64,000 nucleotides of DNA from assembly GCA_964035545.1 (NCBI GenBank), contig OZ037768.1, forward strand, positions 2,698,741 to 2,762,740, read 5' to 3'. Both the position numbers and the translations under genes were made by a program. The stretch is from Bugula neritina. Its lineage: Eukaryota > Animalia > Bryozoa. Below are positions 25,401 through 46,600 of this stretch, piece after piece. The notes beneath the pieces are model-generated. The model was not told the DNA's origin and made no database searches. It saw only the letters and a program-made list of their open reading frames with translations. Every line of letters starts with the position of its first letter. The first letter of the stretch is position 1.

Positions 25401-28400
25401 GCTGTAAATAGAAGTTCCACGTCTGCTTGAAATAATTTACATAAAATTGATAAAATACATTAACCATCATTATGCGGTCAACTGAAAATATTTTACATAT
25501 TACATCATTAAATTACTGATCTGATGCATAACTAGGAGAGTATTAAGAAGCGTTACCTTTGTTATCATAGGCATCAGGTTTAATGACTGCTACTGTCTGC
25601 TGCATCGGGAAAAAGTAATTCAGTTCCTCTTCGGCCTTTGACGTACTGTCGGAACCGTGGAGCATGTTCACTTCTGTTCCTTCTGCAGACAAGAATACTC
25701 AGCTGAGTTGATGTAGACTGAGCACCATAAACTCTACTCATTTGAATTAATATAGACTGAGCACCATAAACTTCCTTAGTTTCAATAGCCTTGTGTAATT
25801 TTCAATAAAAAAGACTCGGACTGAGAATATGTCAATGCAATGAAAAAAGCAAAAGTGTGTACAACATTAATAAACTTTCAAATGGAGATTATGTATATAT
25901 ACTAAAATTATATTTTCGAAAAGATTTCAAAAATTGATTGATTGAACTAAAATATGAATCTAATCAAACTTCACCTATAGAAAACTGAGCTCGTAGACTC
26001 TCAGGGGCTTGTTCTTTGGCTTCAGAAACTGTGGGCGGTCCTAATAGCTTCCTCCATTCAGATATCGCATCGTTACGGGCTAGACCTAAGGCTAATACTG
26101 GTCCACTGTATTAAAACAATCAATTCACTGAAATTACATCTTTTATAGAACAACTTAAAAATTTCAGAAACAAGAGAGTATAACTTTAATTATCATATCT
26201 TTTGAAACAAATAGAGAAAACTATATATTAATAAGGTGACTTTATAAAATTATTTGTAAGTCCCCACTCATACACCTGGCCATCACTCCATTCAAAATAT
26301 TATTTATTTGGCTTACCCAGTCATTTTTGCTATTAGTTCCTCAAAGTAAGGTTGTTCCATATGCTCTTTGTAAAAGTTCTCTGCCTGTTCTCTGGAAAGC
26401 TGAATTTCTTTTTGTAAAGCTATTTCAAAGCCGGCCTCTTCTATGCGTTTCAATATTTCATCTAAACAAAAGAAATAATGACGTACATTCAGATTTTTTA
26501 ACGTTATGGAACTGGTTTAAAATTTGATATATGCCATTTGAAAAAAATGCCAATTGCCATATTTGCAGGAGCATAAAACAGTTTTAAAAATAAAGTAGTT
26601 CAATTTAAATTCCATTTAAGATCGATTTATATATAAGTTTTAAATAAAACAACTAACAGAAGAATGACATAAGAAACTAAAATGTTTTATAACTCCATTT
26701 TGCATTGAGGGCTAGAATCTCATTCTACAGTGAAATTCTCATTTTGATTTTAAAGTAAATTAAATTTTGCCAATAATAAATGCAATTAGCATATATCAAC
26801 ATTTTAGTATGTGAGGACACAAACCTTTCTTTTCAACAAGTGCGTCTGGTCGGATGAGGGCTAGTGTCCTTTGCACCCCTCGTTGGTTTATTCTGGAAGG
26901 AACGCCGTGAGCACCAGGCTTAGCCACCGAAGGCACCTGGTACTCTGGGAAGAAAAACGCCAGCTCTCTGTGGAAAAAGGTAACAGCATGTTTAAATTAG
27001 AGTAACTACAAGTCCATAAAATCAAATTCGGTTTAAAATTTTATATACACATAGAAATTAAAACTCCTTTTGGAACATTAAACTATAACTAAAATAATAA
27101 ACTAAGGCTTTAATTTGAACACATGATACTAATGTAAGAAAATATTACATAAAAATATTGGCACAATCATACTTTTAGAAGTATTTCAACATTTTATTTT
27201 GAAATATTATACAGCAGAAAGAAATAATTAAAAGTTAACCTGAGAGAGGCCTCATGAGATGAGAAATACTAAGAAGCTAACCTGATTGAGGCCTCATGTG
27301 AGTCAGAACCATGCAAGGCGTTGAACATCTCTTTAGTACCGTACTGAGCACGTAAACTTTCCGGAGCCTTCTCTTTGGCTTCCTCCACATTAGTTGGACC
27401 AATCAGCTCTCTCCATTCTTCTATGATACCCACTCCTGTAGAAATTTAGTAATATAGGGCTTATCTAATATATTCTAGAATAATCAGATGGGCTGCAGTT
27501 AGTGCAGCATAATTTCAAAAAATAATTTCATGAAAACTTTGAAAATAAATATGAACTCAATGTGTAATAATTCGTAAAAAAAAACAGGTAAAACTCATCA
27601 AAATAAATAAATCGGACATGACGTGTTGTCATTGAGCTCTACTCATAGATTATATTACCAGCAAACTCTACACATTGATTATATGCACTGAAAGATTAAC
27701 TGGATAAAGAGACACTGCAGGTAAATAATACTGTGGTTGCTATATCTAATATTAAAAGCATATTATCATACCTGCCCCTGCATAAAGTAAAACACAACAA
27801 TCAAGAATTATCTTACACACAAGTAAAAACTGATAAGATATATAGTTTCATATATGATGATGTTTAGCAGACACACATGCAGGTATAATAAATTATATTT
27901 CTTTTTCTAAGTAAGCTAAAGCAATTGAAAATTAATCTTGTCAGACTTTAAATAGCTTGTATTCTTAATAAAAAATGCATTCAAAAATTCAGATAACGAT
28001 TGTCTTCACATCTGCCATAATAGGATATAAAAACCTGGTGTGTGGTACTTGTAGTTAATCAATTATTAAAAAGAATATAACAAACATGTTACACATCTGT
28101 TCCTTTTTACAGCTCTTTTTCTAAGTTTACCAGAAAAGACAACTCTTAACACATTTCAGCTATAACTGTAAATAGCACAGCTTTAAAATAATAAAAATAT
28201 GAACAGCTATAATTTCATTTTTTATTACTGCAAACTGCCTGCTGTAAAGATGTTCACTAATCAGCTGTGAGCACAAAGTGGTAATCAAAAAGCTATTCAG
28301 ACAGCAACATTGCATAGTCAGCACCTGTGCAAGACTACAGGTAAGAAACTAACCTGTATCAGGTTTGCTCAGCAGCAGCACATGGCTTGGCCCGCTGCAC

Positions 28401-31332
28401 ATAAATTGTACCAACTCTTCGAAAAACGTCTCATCTTTCAGATGGGAATAGAAATCTCTCGCCTCTTCCTCAGTGAGTTGTCTTTCCTCATGTTTGAGGA
28501 TTTCAATGCCGGAAGCTTCCATCTGCGTAATAAACAAATGTATCATATTGTTACTGCATATTATGTAAGCAAATTAAAACTTTAATTAACTTGAGTACCT
28601 GTTTACATTACTCAACACGAATATTTTCTACATAAAGCTAAGCTACTTGCACTAAAAACTGTACAAGTACTTATATGCAGCTTCACACTAAACACATCGA
28701 AACTAGTAACAATACATATATGCTTTATGTAGTAGTATATACAGCCGTCATCCATGTAGCTAAAGATAGCAATAGTTTACAGTTTACCTTAGCTAACACC
28801 TCCTCTGCCTTTCCTTCCTTCACAATGTCAGGTTTAATGAGAGCCACAGTAACTTCTTTAGGCACCATCTCAGCTACAAGTACAAACATGACACACATGC
28901 AACATATTTATTAAGCCAATTATTAACAGTTATAAAAATTATTGGTCATATAAAAGCCTTCTATCTATAGCTACTGGAACTTACAATAACATCAGTGAAA
29001 TTTGAGCTGTGGCTTTTCACTCAACTTGTTTGAAACAATAAATGTTGTACAAAGATAGATTTTATGTTTGAAAAATATTTTTGAAAATTTCCAACACTTT
29101 TTTTATGTAGAAAATTTATAAAGCAGACAACTCTGCTTACCTTCTTCTGCCTTTTCACTGTCATCAGAATCTTCCTGTGTGGATTTATCTCCCTCCAAAT
29201 GACCAAACATGGGGTCATGAATCTCAACTCTCTCAGCCTCACCATTTAAAACCTTGTGCTCTTTCTTTAGCTCGTCTATTACAGTGCTGGAAAGGATGGG
29301 GGCGTTTGCGCCCCTCACCACGGCAACCAGGGCCCCACCCTAAAATGTTCACCAACACAGTATAAGCTATCAACTATCAAACTGTTTAGACTTTAGTAGA
29401 TTATTACAGCATTAAATAAAATCCTAACATCAAAATTTATGTGATAATTTGGTTATATTCTGTAGCATATATAGCATTTCCATTTGTGTAAAGTGTATAT
29501 AGTATATGTAAATATGACCAGTATGGAAAAAAAGATGGCTGCTGTTATATATATAAGCCTGTGATCTTACCGCATAGAACAGGAAGCAGGGTTCACAGCG
29601 GCCACGATACCTCTCCAGGGAATCTATGGTATCAGCTTTAGCCTAAGACATCAGAATAAGCAATAAGTTTTAACACTCTAAAATAAATTACCTGCAACTT
29701 GCCCTTAATTTATGTTCTTTGTTAACCCATTAGGCTACACTTAGTAGATAGTCTATAAGTAACATGCAGTGTTTGGATTCTCATACATTATATTATAGGG
29801 TGTTTAAAGGTCCAAACATTTTTGTTAAATTAAAGTTTTGCTAATTTAACAAATTAATTGCTGACATTTCATTCTGTATTGTAAAACACACCACAATAAT
29901 TTTACTATAACACAACTATAGGGTTACTACGAACAAGTTGTCACCATATACAATATATAAAAGGTTACATAGTTTGAAAAGGAAGGTCCAACTCAACAAC
30001 AAGGTTCAGGGAATATTTTTTATTACTTGCCAAAAAACCCAATGCATCATTTTATTTTATATCATGTTGTATTACATTGAAGTATGTTTTATTTGTTGAT
30101 TAAAGCACTGAATGAAAAATTTACTCAAAAGATATGTTTTAACTTACACAGACCTGTGAGTTAGTTACACAACTATAATTACAGTTTAAGTTTTAAAAAT
30201 TTCTGTAATTTAGCCATCAACTTTTTACCAATGAAATTGCAAAGCATAATAAACAGCTAAAAAATTGTCTACTTTAACAACATCTTTCAACTAGCATTTG
30301 AAAAAAATGATATTGAGAAATATGTATTTGAACTAACATTTTTGTATGGAACAAAATTTTGCATATGTGGTTTTTGTATAATAATAAGTTTGGGTTTTGG
30401 AAATATCAACAAATGGAGTAAACACAAACTGATAAATGCATATTGATTGGTTGTAACAAAAGGGTGACAGTGCTGAAGCTTTTTCTATACATACCGCTAC
30501 CAGCTTGAGCATTTTATCATGCTCTAGTTTTACTAGACAGTCTTTGAAGACTGTCAGCATGGCAATAGATTTGCCAGCCCACTCTTGATATACTTCAATA
30601 ACTAAGATATACATGCATAGCACAAGTTAAAAAGATGAATAAAACGTTTCTACATTAATCCAGCCTTAGAACCAAAGCTGGGTAGAGAGCAGGTAGACCA
30701 AATTGTTGCATTGAGTCTACAATGTGCAGGACAAGTTTGATTAAGATAACCTAATAAATAGCTTTTACTCGCTAGCACATTGTAGGTCCCAAGGCTGCAA
30801 AATTTTCTACCCCTTCATTTAGTTACTTTTTCTGCTGACTTACCATGGCAAAACGCAATAGATTATCACTTAATTCATTGCGCAATCTCCTAAAGTTAGC
30901 AATCGTAGCTTTACACTGCCCTGCCCATTCTTGGTACACATCAACAACTAAAAGATTTGCTTAGTTAAATAGCATGCATTTAGTTTGATTATTTCAAGAA
31001 TTATGTCAAAAAGTAAGCAACTCCAATGTCTTAAAACATTATTATATGCGGTAACATCAGTATGTCATACAGTTAGAAATTATAACCTAAAAATTATAAG
31101 CATAAAAACTCAAAATGAAACAATCTTGCAAACATGACTAGGTAGGCCAAAAAAGTTTTGTTGCCAAACATCACCAACAACTGCTTTGCCAATGCACAAT
31201 AAATAGATGAATGAATAAAAGTACATAAAACAAAAACTCACCCACTAATCCTTCTTTAGTTAACATCTCTTCCCACTCTTCTTGAGTTTCAATTTCTGTC
31301 TGCAAAGCTATTTCTTGCTTCTTTCTAGCCAT
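19413..31332 (-). CDS. NME8: Thioredoxin-domain + three NDP-kinase-domain protein (NME8/NME9, TXNDC3-like; outer-arm dynein intermediate chain type) with acidic Ala/Glu/Pro tail
   Basis: Exons (minus, approx.) 31332-31242 MARKKQEIALQTEI; 30947-30844 or 30601-30495 (TRX active site); 29642-29571 YRGRCEPCFLFY; 29339-29141; 28873-28788 TVALIKPD; 28522-28354; 27436-27282 NALHGSDS; 26966-26825 TLALIRPD; 26461-26318; 26105-25975; 25683-25557 NMLHGSDS/TVAVIKPD; 25149-25005; 24728-24621; 24261-24127 NAVHGPS; tail exons to stop at 19413. Confidence 0.9.
21437..21460. promoter_or_regulatory. RFX X-box adjacent to a forkhead motif (candidate ciliary enhancer) in an NME8 intron
   Basis: GTTGCCTTAGCAAC (21437-21450) matches the palindromic X-box consensus; GTAAACA follows at 21453-21459. 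Confidence 0.5.
21850..22053. repeat. ~40-bp minisatellite next to a minus-strand acceptor
   Basis: CAAATAATAACTTACTGTAAGCCAATCACCACTAAGCTTA, 5 copies. Confidence 0.9.
23693..23792. repeat. 25-bp minisatellite (GTAAGTAACATGTAGATATCTACAG) x4
   Basis: Direct observation; each unit contains the palindrome TGTAGATATCTACA or a close variant. Confidence 0.85.
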
Positions 31333-31939
31333 TTTTGTTTTACTACAGCATATGTATTCAAAACAAATAAAACTTACATTTACTACTAATGAATGTACTA
31401 TTGGCAGTTGATTTTAATAAAAATTACTGTCAGAGTTTAATTATATTATTAGTGTTACTAGAAACAGCACGATTACGTACATAATAAGCAGAGCCAATAA
31501 AAATATAATTGCGACACTGCTTAAACTTAACTGACTCAATACTTAGGTAGCTGTTATGTGCTATATTTTTAGCTTACATGAAATGTTGTAATCGTTTTGG
31601 TAGCTTTACAAAACTAAAAGTTTAATCAAAACATTGAAAACTAATATCAATAAGTATAACACAATATAAGTATAAGCATGAACAAATATTTAGCATTAAG
31701 AAATGTTACAGTAATTTTAAAATTTCAAGAGCAAATACGCATGTTGTTGGTAATCTAATTCTAATTTAAATAAAACTTTAAAGCTTTATGAAAATAAAAA
31801 TAAAAATTGAAACTTGAGTTGATGCAAATATTCGTGCATCCCAACTAGAGCATGTGCAGTCTTGCTTTTGATAGTAGCAATACTTTGTTTAAACGTTTAC
31901 CTAACTACGCAAAGTAGCTAATGAATAAAAAAAACTTAC

Positions 31940-32243
31940 ATAAAGTAAATTAATTCACACAATTACACTTTGACTTTTGAGTTTCTATGCAAGCCGTTGC
32001 TGGGTTGTGCAGCACGTGAATTTTAATCGATTTGTAATTGGTTAATAGTGCTTAGCCTGCACGGCCGCTGTTGTTATCGAGATCATCTTGACTTTTCAAA
32101 AGCAAAATTGCTTACTTCCGAGTTTTTTAAAACGGGACACGAACGTTTTTTGTTATTGATCTCTTTTCTTGCAAAGCTGAGCAATACGATATCTGTGATA
32201 TAGACGTCATAGAGAAATTAGCTCAGATTTGATACCATACAGG
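31940..32243. promoter_or_regulatory. Probable bidirectional promoter between NME8-like (-) and TAF5 (+)
   Basis: Head-to-head genes with a local CpG-richer patch containing CACGTG and GACGTC. Candidate non-coding first-exon donors at about 31939 (-) and 32243 (+). Confidence 0.5.
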
Positions 32244-33144
32244 TTAAAGTAATGAATTTTAACTTGAATTGCAACTAAATAATAAATTAGTCCTTTGTAA
32301 ATAAACAAAATTGTCCTTTGGAGTTACTGTTACTGTTAGTTTAATAATTTTCAAAAGTAGAAGTAGAACTAGACGTACCGGTACTAAGTCTAATACTAAT
32401 AGTAGTACTACTAGTACTACTACTACTCCGACTCGGTCTCGTAGCAGTAGCACAGACTACGGGACACAGGTAGTGGTACTACTACTAGTAGTACGCCTCA
32501 CTACTAGTACTGTAGCAGTAGTACTAGTTATTAATACAATAACTTAACAATTAATATTAGTATTAGTAATAATATTACTAGTAGTGCGAGTACTACTAGT
32601 ACTAGTAGTAATAGTACAGTATGAAAAAGTATTAATATTTAGATTGAGATTCAATTTCAACATCATGTTCATGAATGCTAATACTAATAACTATAAGTAA
32701 TAAGTATAACTGTAGGTATAACTAGCAACTGTAAGTGATAAGTAAATAACTGAATAATAAGTGAATAAGTATTAAATTTGAATTAATATTTATAATTATA
32801 AGTGTAACAACATAAACATTTAACTCAAAGGTCACAACTGGCCCTCACAAGTCCAAGGTACCTGCAAAGTACAGATGACCCTCTTGTCAGTAACACCGCT
32901 CTTTGTCATTGATTTATTCTTAACCCTATTCTCAACAACTGAAATCACTTCTTATTAAACTAGATGTTATTGTAGATTAACGCGACACTTTCTATTATGA
33001 CTTTAAAAAAAACTAAATTGAATTACTGTAGTTGTAATAAATAGTAATGGAGGTTGAACTATGTGTAGCTCTAAACAAATAAAATTATTTTCTCCTTAAT
33101 TAGTTTTTGTTTTCCATATGCTTACCCTGTGTCTTAGTAGGGTT

Positions 33145-40426
<7,282 letters not shown>

Positions 40427-40620
40427 CAATTTTATGTAAATAACGTGTAAATAAAATATCTTGGAATAATTTAATAATACAAACTGTATGTATGTTTATT
40501 TCTTTTGCAAACAAAATTTCCTTTAAAAGCAAAATAAACTCGTATCAAATTTAATATTACTATAAGTTCTATGATGTTCACACACTACAGAAACCTTCAG
40601 TACATAATGTTAGAGTATGG

Positions 40621-41125
40621 TCAGTGATGACCATCATTGTGGTGAGATGGAGGATAGATCTTGTGATAGGCGGTTTCCCCTGCTATGATTGCAGCTGTTA
40701 CTCCAACTGCAATTGGGAATCCCCTAAACACTGACCTCAGAAATATTCTAAAAGTTGTTGAACCTTTTTGGCCAGCTTGTGTGTATCGCCATACTTCATT
40801 CCTTCAGAAAATAGTTATATTTAAAGTAGTTTATAGACAATAATAATTTTAAAATTAAGAGTTGGCCCGTGTCAATAGCAAGACACATCAGTGTTGAAAT
40901 GTGTCCACATGAAATAGATACCGTGAGTAGTGCAAGTTTGTAACATGTGGCCACATAAAATGAAAACTAATATCTAAGTTCCATTTTTGAAAAGCATGCT
41001 CACCTGAGCCAAGGGTCCTTTAATCCATGCTGAGCTAACTTTTCTTGTGTTTTTAATAAGTCGGGAGCATCTTCTACTTTGTAAATTCTATAATCTGGTA
41101 TTTTTGGAACCGAGGAGCCTCCCAT
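40621..41125 (-). CDS. NDUFB3: NADH:ubiquinone oxidoreductase subunit B3 (B12), 2 coding exons (41125-41004, 40801-40621), 100 aa
   Basis: MGGSSVPKIPDYRIYKVE...LAQHGLKDPWLRNEVWRY...single TM segment...HHNDGHH; DPWxRNExWRY is the B12 family signature. Absent from the ORF track because it is split by an intron. Confidence 0.92.
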
Positions 41126-43663
41126 GATGATTGGTTTCAGTATCGGATAATCTTAATTTTAGTCGACCTAAATAAAAATTGCAAACTGAAACTAGACTTC
41201 AAGTTTATCCAGCTGACCATTACTTTTTGATGTTATTTGAGACTGGGTATTGGTATTCTTTTGAATCTCAATATGGGTTTGGGTATGCAAGTTGTGTCAG
41301 TGTATGCAGCCTACGCTTACACTAAAATAAAATGATAGACACAAGATTATTATTAACTAGAAGCATATAGATACTCATTCACTATATCATGCTAGCAATT
41401 AAACTAACTAATTCATCTACAAGAATATCGCCAACGTAACAAGCCACCATACAGAAACATGATGAGTTATTTTAAATGTCATTGAATAAATATCTTGCAA
41501 ATAGGAGTCAGCATAAAATTTTAATTCTATGACTACCGCAAACTTATTATGAACTTAAACATTTGCATAAACCATACTTAGTTTCAGTAAGAAAAATGTT
41601 CTTAACATACACTTAGTAATCATTTAAACAAGCATCATTGTGAAAAAGATTAAAATTAAATATAATGTACATGTAAAAAACGTTTTCGCATAAGGACTTG
41701 TGTTATAATTATATTCAGTATAATACTTATTACCTATAATTATACGAATATTTAGCTAGTATGCAAATGAAATAGTCTTACCTTTAAGTTTATGGTTATT
41801 ACTACTTGTAGTATTACTATTAGTATAATTACTGGCCATTATAATTAAGTTTATACTACTTATACTTATAGTAATAGGTGGTAATACTATTACTAATAAA
41901 TCAATCTCATAATTTGTATTGTAATATAAAATTTAACATTAATAGCTGAAGTTTATAATAATACTAATAGTAACAGTAATACTCAGTAAAACTAAATGAG
42001 CAATACTTATACTAATAAACAAACAGTGAGTCATGTATAAGAGAGAGTGGTGTATGATCATGATGTATAAGATTAAGTCTCAGAGACACGCATGTCAATT
42101 ATCAGTATGAATATCAATATGTAGTAGTATTACTATTACTATTACTATTAGTATTAGTATAAGAGACACTCGTCAATCGTCCCTCATGTAGAAGAGAGTC
42201 GGGTATAAGATTAAGAGAGAGCCATGTACTGATGTAGTGTGTACAACTCTACAAGAGACACTCATGTAATTCAAATTCAAATTGTATAAGAGACACTCAT
42301 GACTCAGTCTCATGTAATTCAAATTGTTATTGCATATTTTACAATGACTTAAAGTTAAAGTTAATCAGTTATTTAGTTAATGTCTAACTATAACTAATAA
42401 TTATCATTTATTACTATTAGTTCAATTATAACTTACATTAACATTATAACTATAACTATAAGTATTAGTATAACTATAAGTTAGAGTATAAGTATAAGAT
42501 TAAGAGAGTAACTGTAAGTGTGTTTAATTTTACTATCATAATGATAATAATAATTTCAGAAAATTATTATTTATAACTTTCTTTAGTAAACAATATAAAC
42601 ATCATTCATAAAAATCTGTGATATGAGAAGCTTTATAACCTCGAATTGCAGATTGAAAACTTGCAGAAAATCTTTATTCCATAATCATTATGATTATGAT
42701 TCTGTAATTGAAGTACGGCAACGACCTCTCCACATATTTTGTCGAGCGTTTCAAATAAAAATAGAACACATCAATGAAATTGACTTGGGCCTGGTTTCGC
42801 TTTTAAAATTAAAGCAGCATTTAATATTAGATTTGATAAACAAAATTGAATTTAAAATTATTTTTATTATGAATCGTATTTAAATTTTTGTAAAACACTA
42901 TCATAAAAATACGACCAGGCATTTGTTAACGTTTGTCAATGAGCAGATAATTCTTAACCAATAATTTGACCCTTGCAACTATTCACATTTACTGTGTACA
43001 ACTTAGTATTGATGCTTTCACCACCATAATATATACGTATATTGTTATCTCATTTATTGGAGATCTAAAATCACAAATTCAAATATTTTTTCCCATTCAG
43101 TATGTATAGGAATATAGGGAGATGACATACCAACATGAGCTACAAGGCACAGCAAATCAAACATAGCAGTAATAATAATTTGTTAGAAAGTTAGCAATTT
43201 TTTATTGTGATTTGTGTCTAAACATACTGAATAAAGTAGATAACTGTACTAGCTCAAATAAATTGACAAGACTGCACTAATTTGATCCAATTTGTAAACA
43301 ACTTAAACAATGTAACAGTATAAGCTGTATATAAATTATAATATTGATATTATTTCACCAGCCCCTAAAACTCATCAAGATTTATAGAGCTACATACATA
43401 GTTTAAAGAACTATGTACATAGTTTTATAAAAACTACTCAAATACCGTTAGGTAAGAAAAGTTAGTAAAATAGCTAATTTTCAGACTGCTGTAGTTATTA
43501 TACTGTGTGAGTAACACAATAGCAGTACTGTAGGTGTTCTACAAATGTTGGATGAAAAGCTTGCACTTATAATAACACCTGACTTTATGATAATATATTA
43601 TATGCACGCAGTAAAATGTTATTTGTTATAAAATATAAAATAGTAAATAAACTGAATTGTGCA

Positions 43664-46600
43664 TTAAAGTGATTCAAAATGCTTCATCTGCTCCACAGTT
43701 TTAATGATCACAACAATTAAGTATATTATATAAGCTGTCCCCAATATTCTATCCAGTAGCATAGCTAAGCGAATCCGCTCTTCTTTGAATTGTCTTCTTT
43801 GCTTTTCAGCATTTAGTTCCATTAGAATATGGCGTAACGAGGTCTGCAATAAATACAAATTTAATCATATTTTATTACACTGTATTAAAATATTCTTTTA
43901 TTTTCTATTGTGTTTGAGCAACTTTTATCAACTGATTATTAGGCAATTCAAACAAATTGAAATTCATTGTCAGATAAAAATGAGTTAATGCTGCTAGCTT
44001 ATGTGAGCAATTTATATAGTTATTGCCAACTTTTAAAGTGAATATTATTATATTAAACACTAACTATACTTGTATAAGTAGTGCGGTAATGTTGTAATTT
44101 ATTAATGTCTTTTCCATTACTAAAAACATTAAATTGAAAACTGAAAAATCTAAGCCAACTTTTGCAAAATGTACAAAATATTAGCTTCTGTGAAAATTGC
44201 AACAATAATCATTTGTATATGTGAAATTTTAACTTAGTGTATGATCATACTATGCTATTTGCATGCAGTTTTATAACAAGATATGTAACACCACACGCCA
44301 TGGACAATGATATACTATAATTGGAAATTTTATTTAGAATGTAATAATAACTGGAACCCAGCATCTTATTAAAGATGGTTACTAGAAAATGCAGTGTTTG
44401 TGCAATGTCCAATGACTAATACTTCATCACAGTTTTATATGATGTAATGTAGCAACACAATATCATTGCCACAGCAAGAACAGTAACTTAGTTTCAAGCA
44501 TATACCTTTACAGATGAGCTAATCTGCTCGTTGGTCTCATTCAGTTCAATGCTTTCTGAATTTCTTCTCTTCATCTTATCCTTTGGTTTTTCCAAACAAC
44601 ACAGCGAAATAATACATCCGGAATTTGCGAACTATATTATTTAAAATAAAATGAATGTAGGCTAATAACTGATTTATAATACTTTTGCAATTTGAGTGGC
44701 TATGACTACAATGGCCGGTCTTCATGTTTGGATAGCATAGTTTGTCAGTATTTAAAATTCACAAAATCTTGATCTAATTTTTTTCTAAAACTTATACTGC
44801 TTAATCATGATATGGCAAACTGCATATATTTCAACCATGCATTTGCAACACATGGTCATTGTGCAAAGTTGCTTACTTAGCAGCTAAATCATCATTATAA
44901 TATGTTAAACACTCAACATAATATTATTGTTTTTTCTGTATTTCTATTTTATCCGTTATCTATCTTTATTATAATTGTTGAATTTTGAAAGCTTCTGCTT
45001 TCTTTTTTATGAATTCATGTTCGATACATTTATATATAACCTGGTAATTCTAGGTACTACAATTTATTTTTCTACTTTTCTTACTTTTTCTAACTTTTCT
45101 TTATATAAGCCAAGCTATTTTAGCAAGTTTTGTTACTGATCTCTCATAATATCCTTTTTCCGTTTTCTTAAGTTTTCAGAATATCTATCTATGATCAGGT
45201 AACCCACTTACCTGTCTCACACAAGATGTCAGTCTGCCACGTTTATTGATGAAAGAAACATTGATGGTGCTCACTACTATGCTAATCACTATCATTATCA
45301 GCTGTGTTGTGTAGTGAATCACTGCAATAAATATATCTTATTGTGTCATTTTCCAAAATTCAATGATGCAAATAATTTACATAATTGTTAATTTATTATA
45401 TATTTTTATTTGTAGGTAGTAGTTTTTATTATAATTATAATCAGTAGCAGTTATATCCAATACATATAAAATATGTACAGCCCAACTGCCATAATTCCTA
45501 ATATATAGCCTAATTTCTACATAACAAATAACTTTTTAAATGAAATTTAAATTAAATTTAAACTTCCTATCCAGTAGTTAGAGCTACTATTTGAGAAGCA
45601 TACACAATTTATTCCACATAATATGGTTAAACTCTTGTATTAAGTATATAAACTGGTTCTGTTTAAAAGAACTGCAGTATATAGGGCATTCAACATACCT
45701 ATAATTGGTGGTTTCTCATTTTCAGCCGCTTCTCCTATTTCATAGTAGATTAAAGTCCGTAATCCTATTGTTCCAATGAACAGGATACATACTAAAGCAA
45801 AATATATAATATTTATTATTATAATCTAATAATATATTATATTTAATATTGAAACTAGTAAAGGTTAGCTCACCTTTCAAAACAAGTCATTCACAAAATG
45901 GGAGTTGCCACAACATGCATATATGCATTTTTGACTGTTGTAAAGGATTAAACAAGTGTAGTAATTTATGTAACTACTATGCGTGGGTTCCTAGCTTGTA
46001 ATTATGTCTATTTATCTACACCAATAAAGTATTTAGGTAAAAGTTTCCAAGTTTATTTACTACTAATTATATAAAAGATACAGCACGTACACCGATTAGA
46101 GATTACATCTTCGCTTAGTTAGCACGCTCTCTCTACTGCAAAACTACTACTAACTGAGGCCTATCACGTGACGCAATTGGATAGGCTGAAGGAATGCGGG
46201 GGACGCGCGTATTACGTCCTCACTACACAAGGAATTAACATGACCTTTGTTACAAACACCACTAGGTTGTTGAACTTTTATTGTCAGCTTCTAAATGATG
46301 ATTATATTGTTTTTCTTTGAGTAATTTAATCTCTTATGCAGCAGTCAGTTGCCAAATAAGGATAGGGCCTAACCACGGTAGTACCTTTGTTAAAGTCAGG
46401 GGTCTAAGGGTGATGACAGGAACCAATCCTTTTTCCATAATTGTTGCTTATTTTAGATTTAATTACCTTTTTTATGATTGACCTGTTATTTAAGGCAGGA
46501 TAGAAACCCCAGAAAAACAGTCACTCACATAGCCTAAGCTGTGCTACACCCGCTGTGTTTAAATTTAAGTGAAAAGGTCATAGAAAGTAAAATTTATACT

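Noticed and set aside
30495-30947. Selenocysteine in the thioredoxin active site
   Set aside because: No in-frame TGA in either exon; the position is Ala (GCA/GCT).
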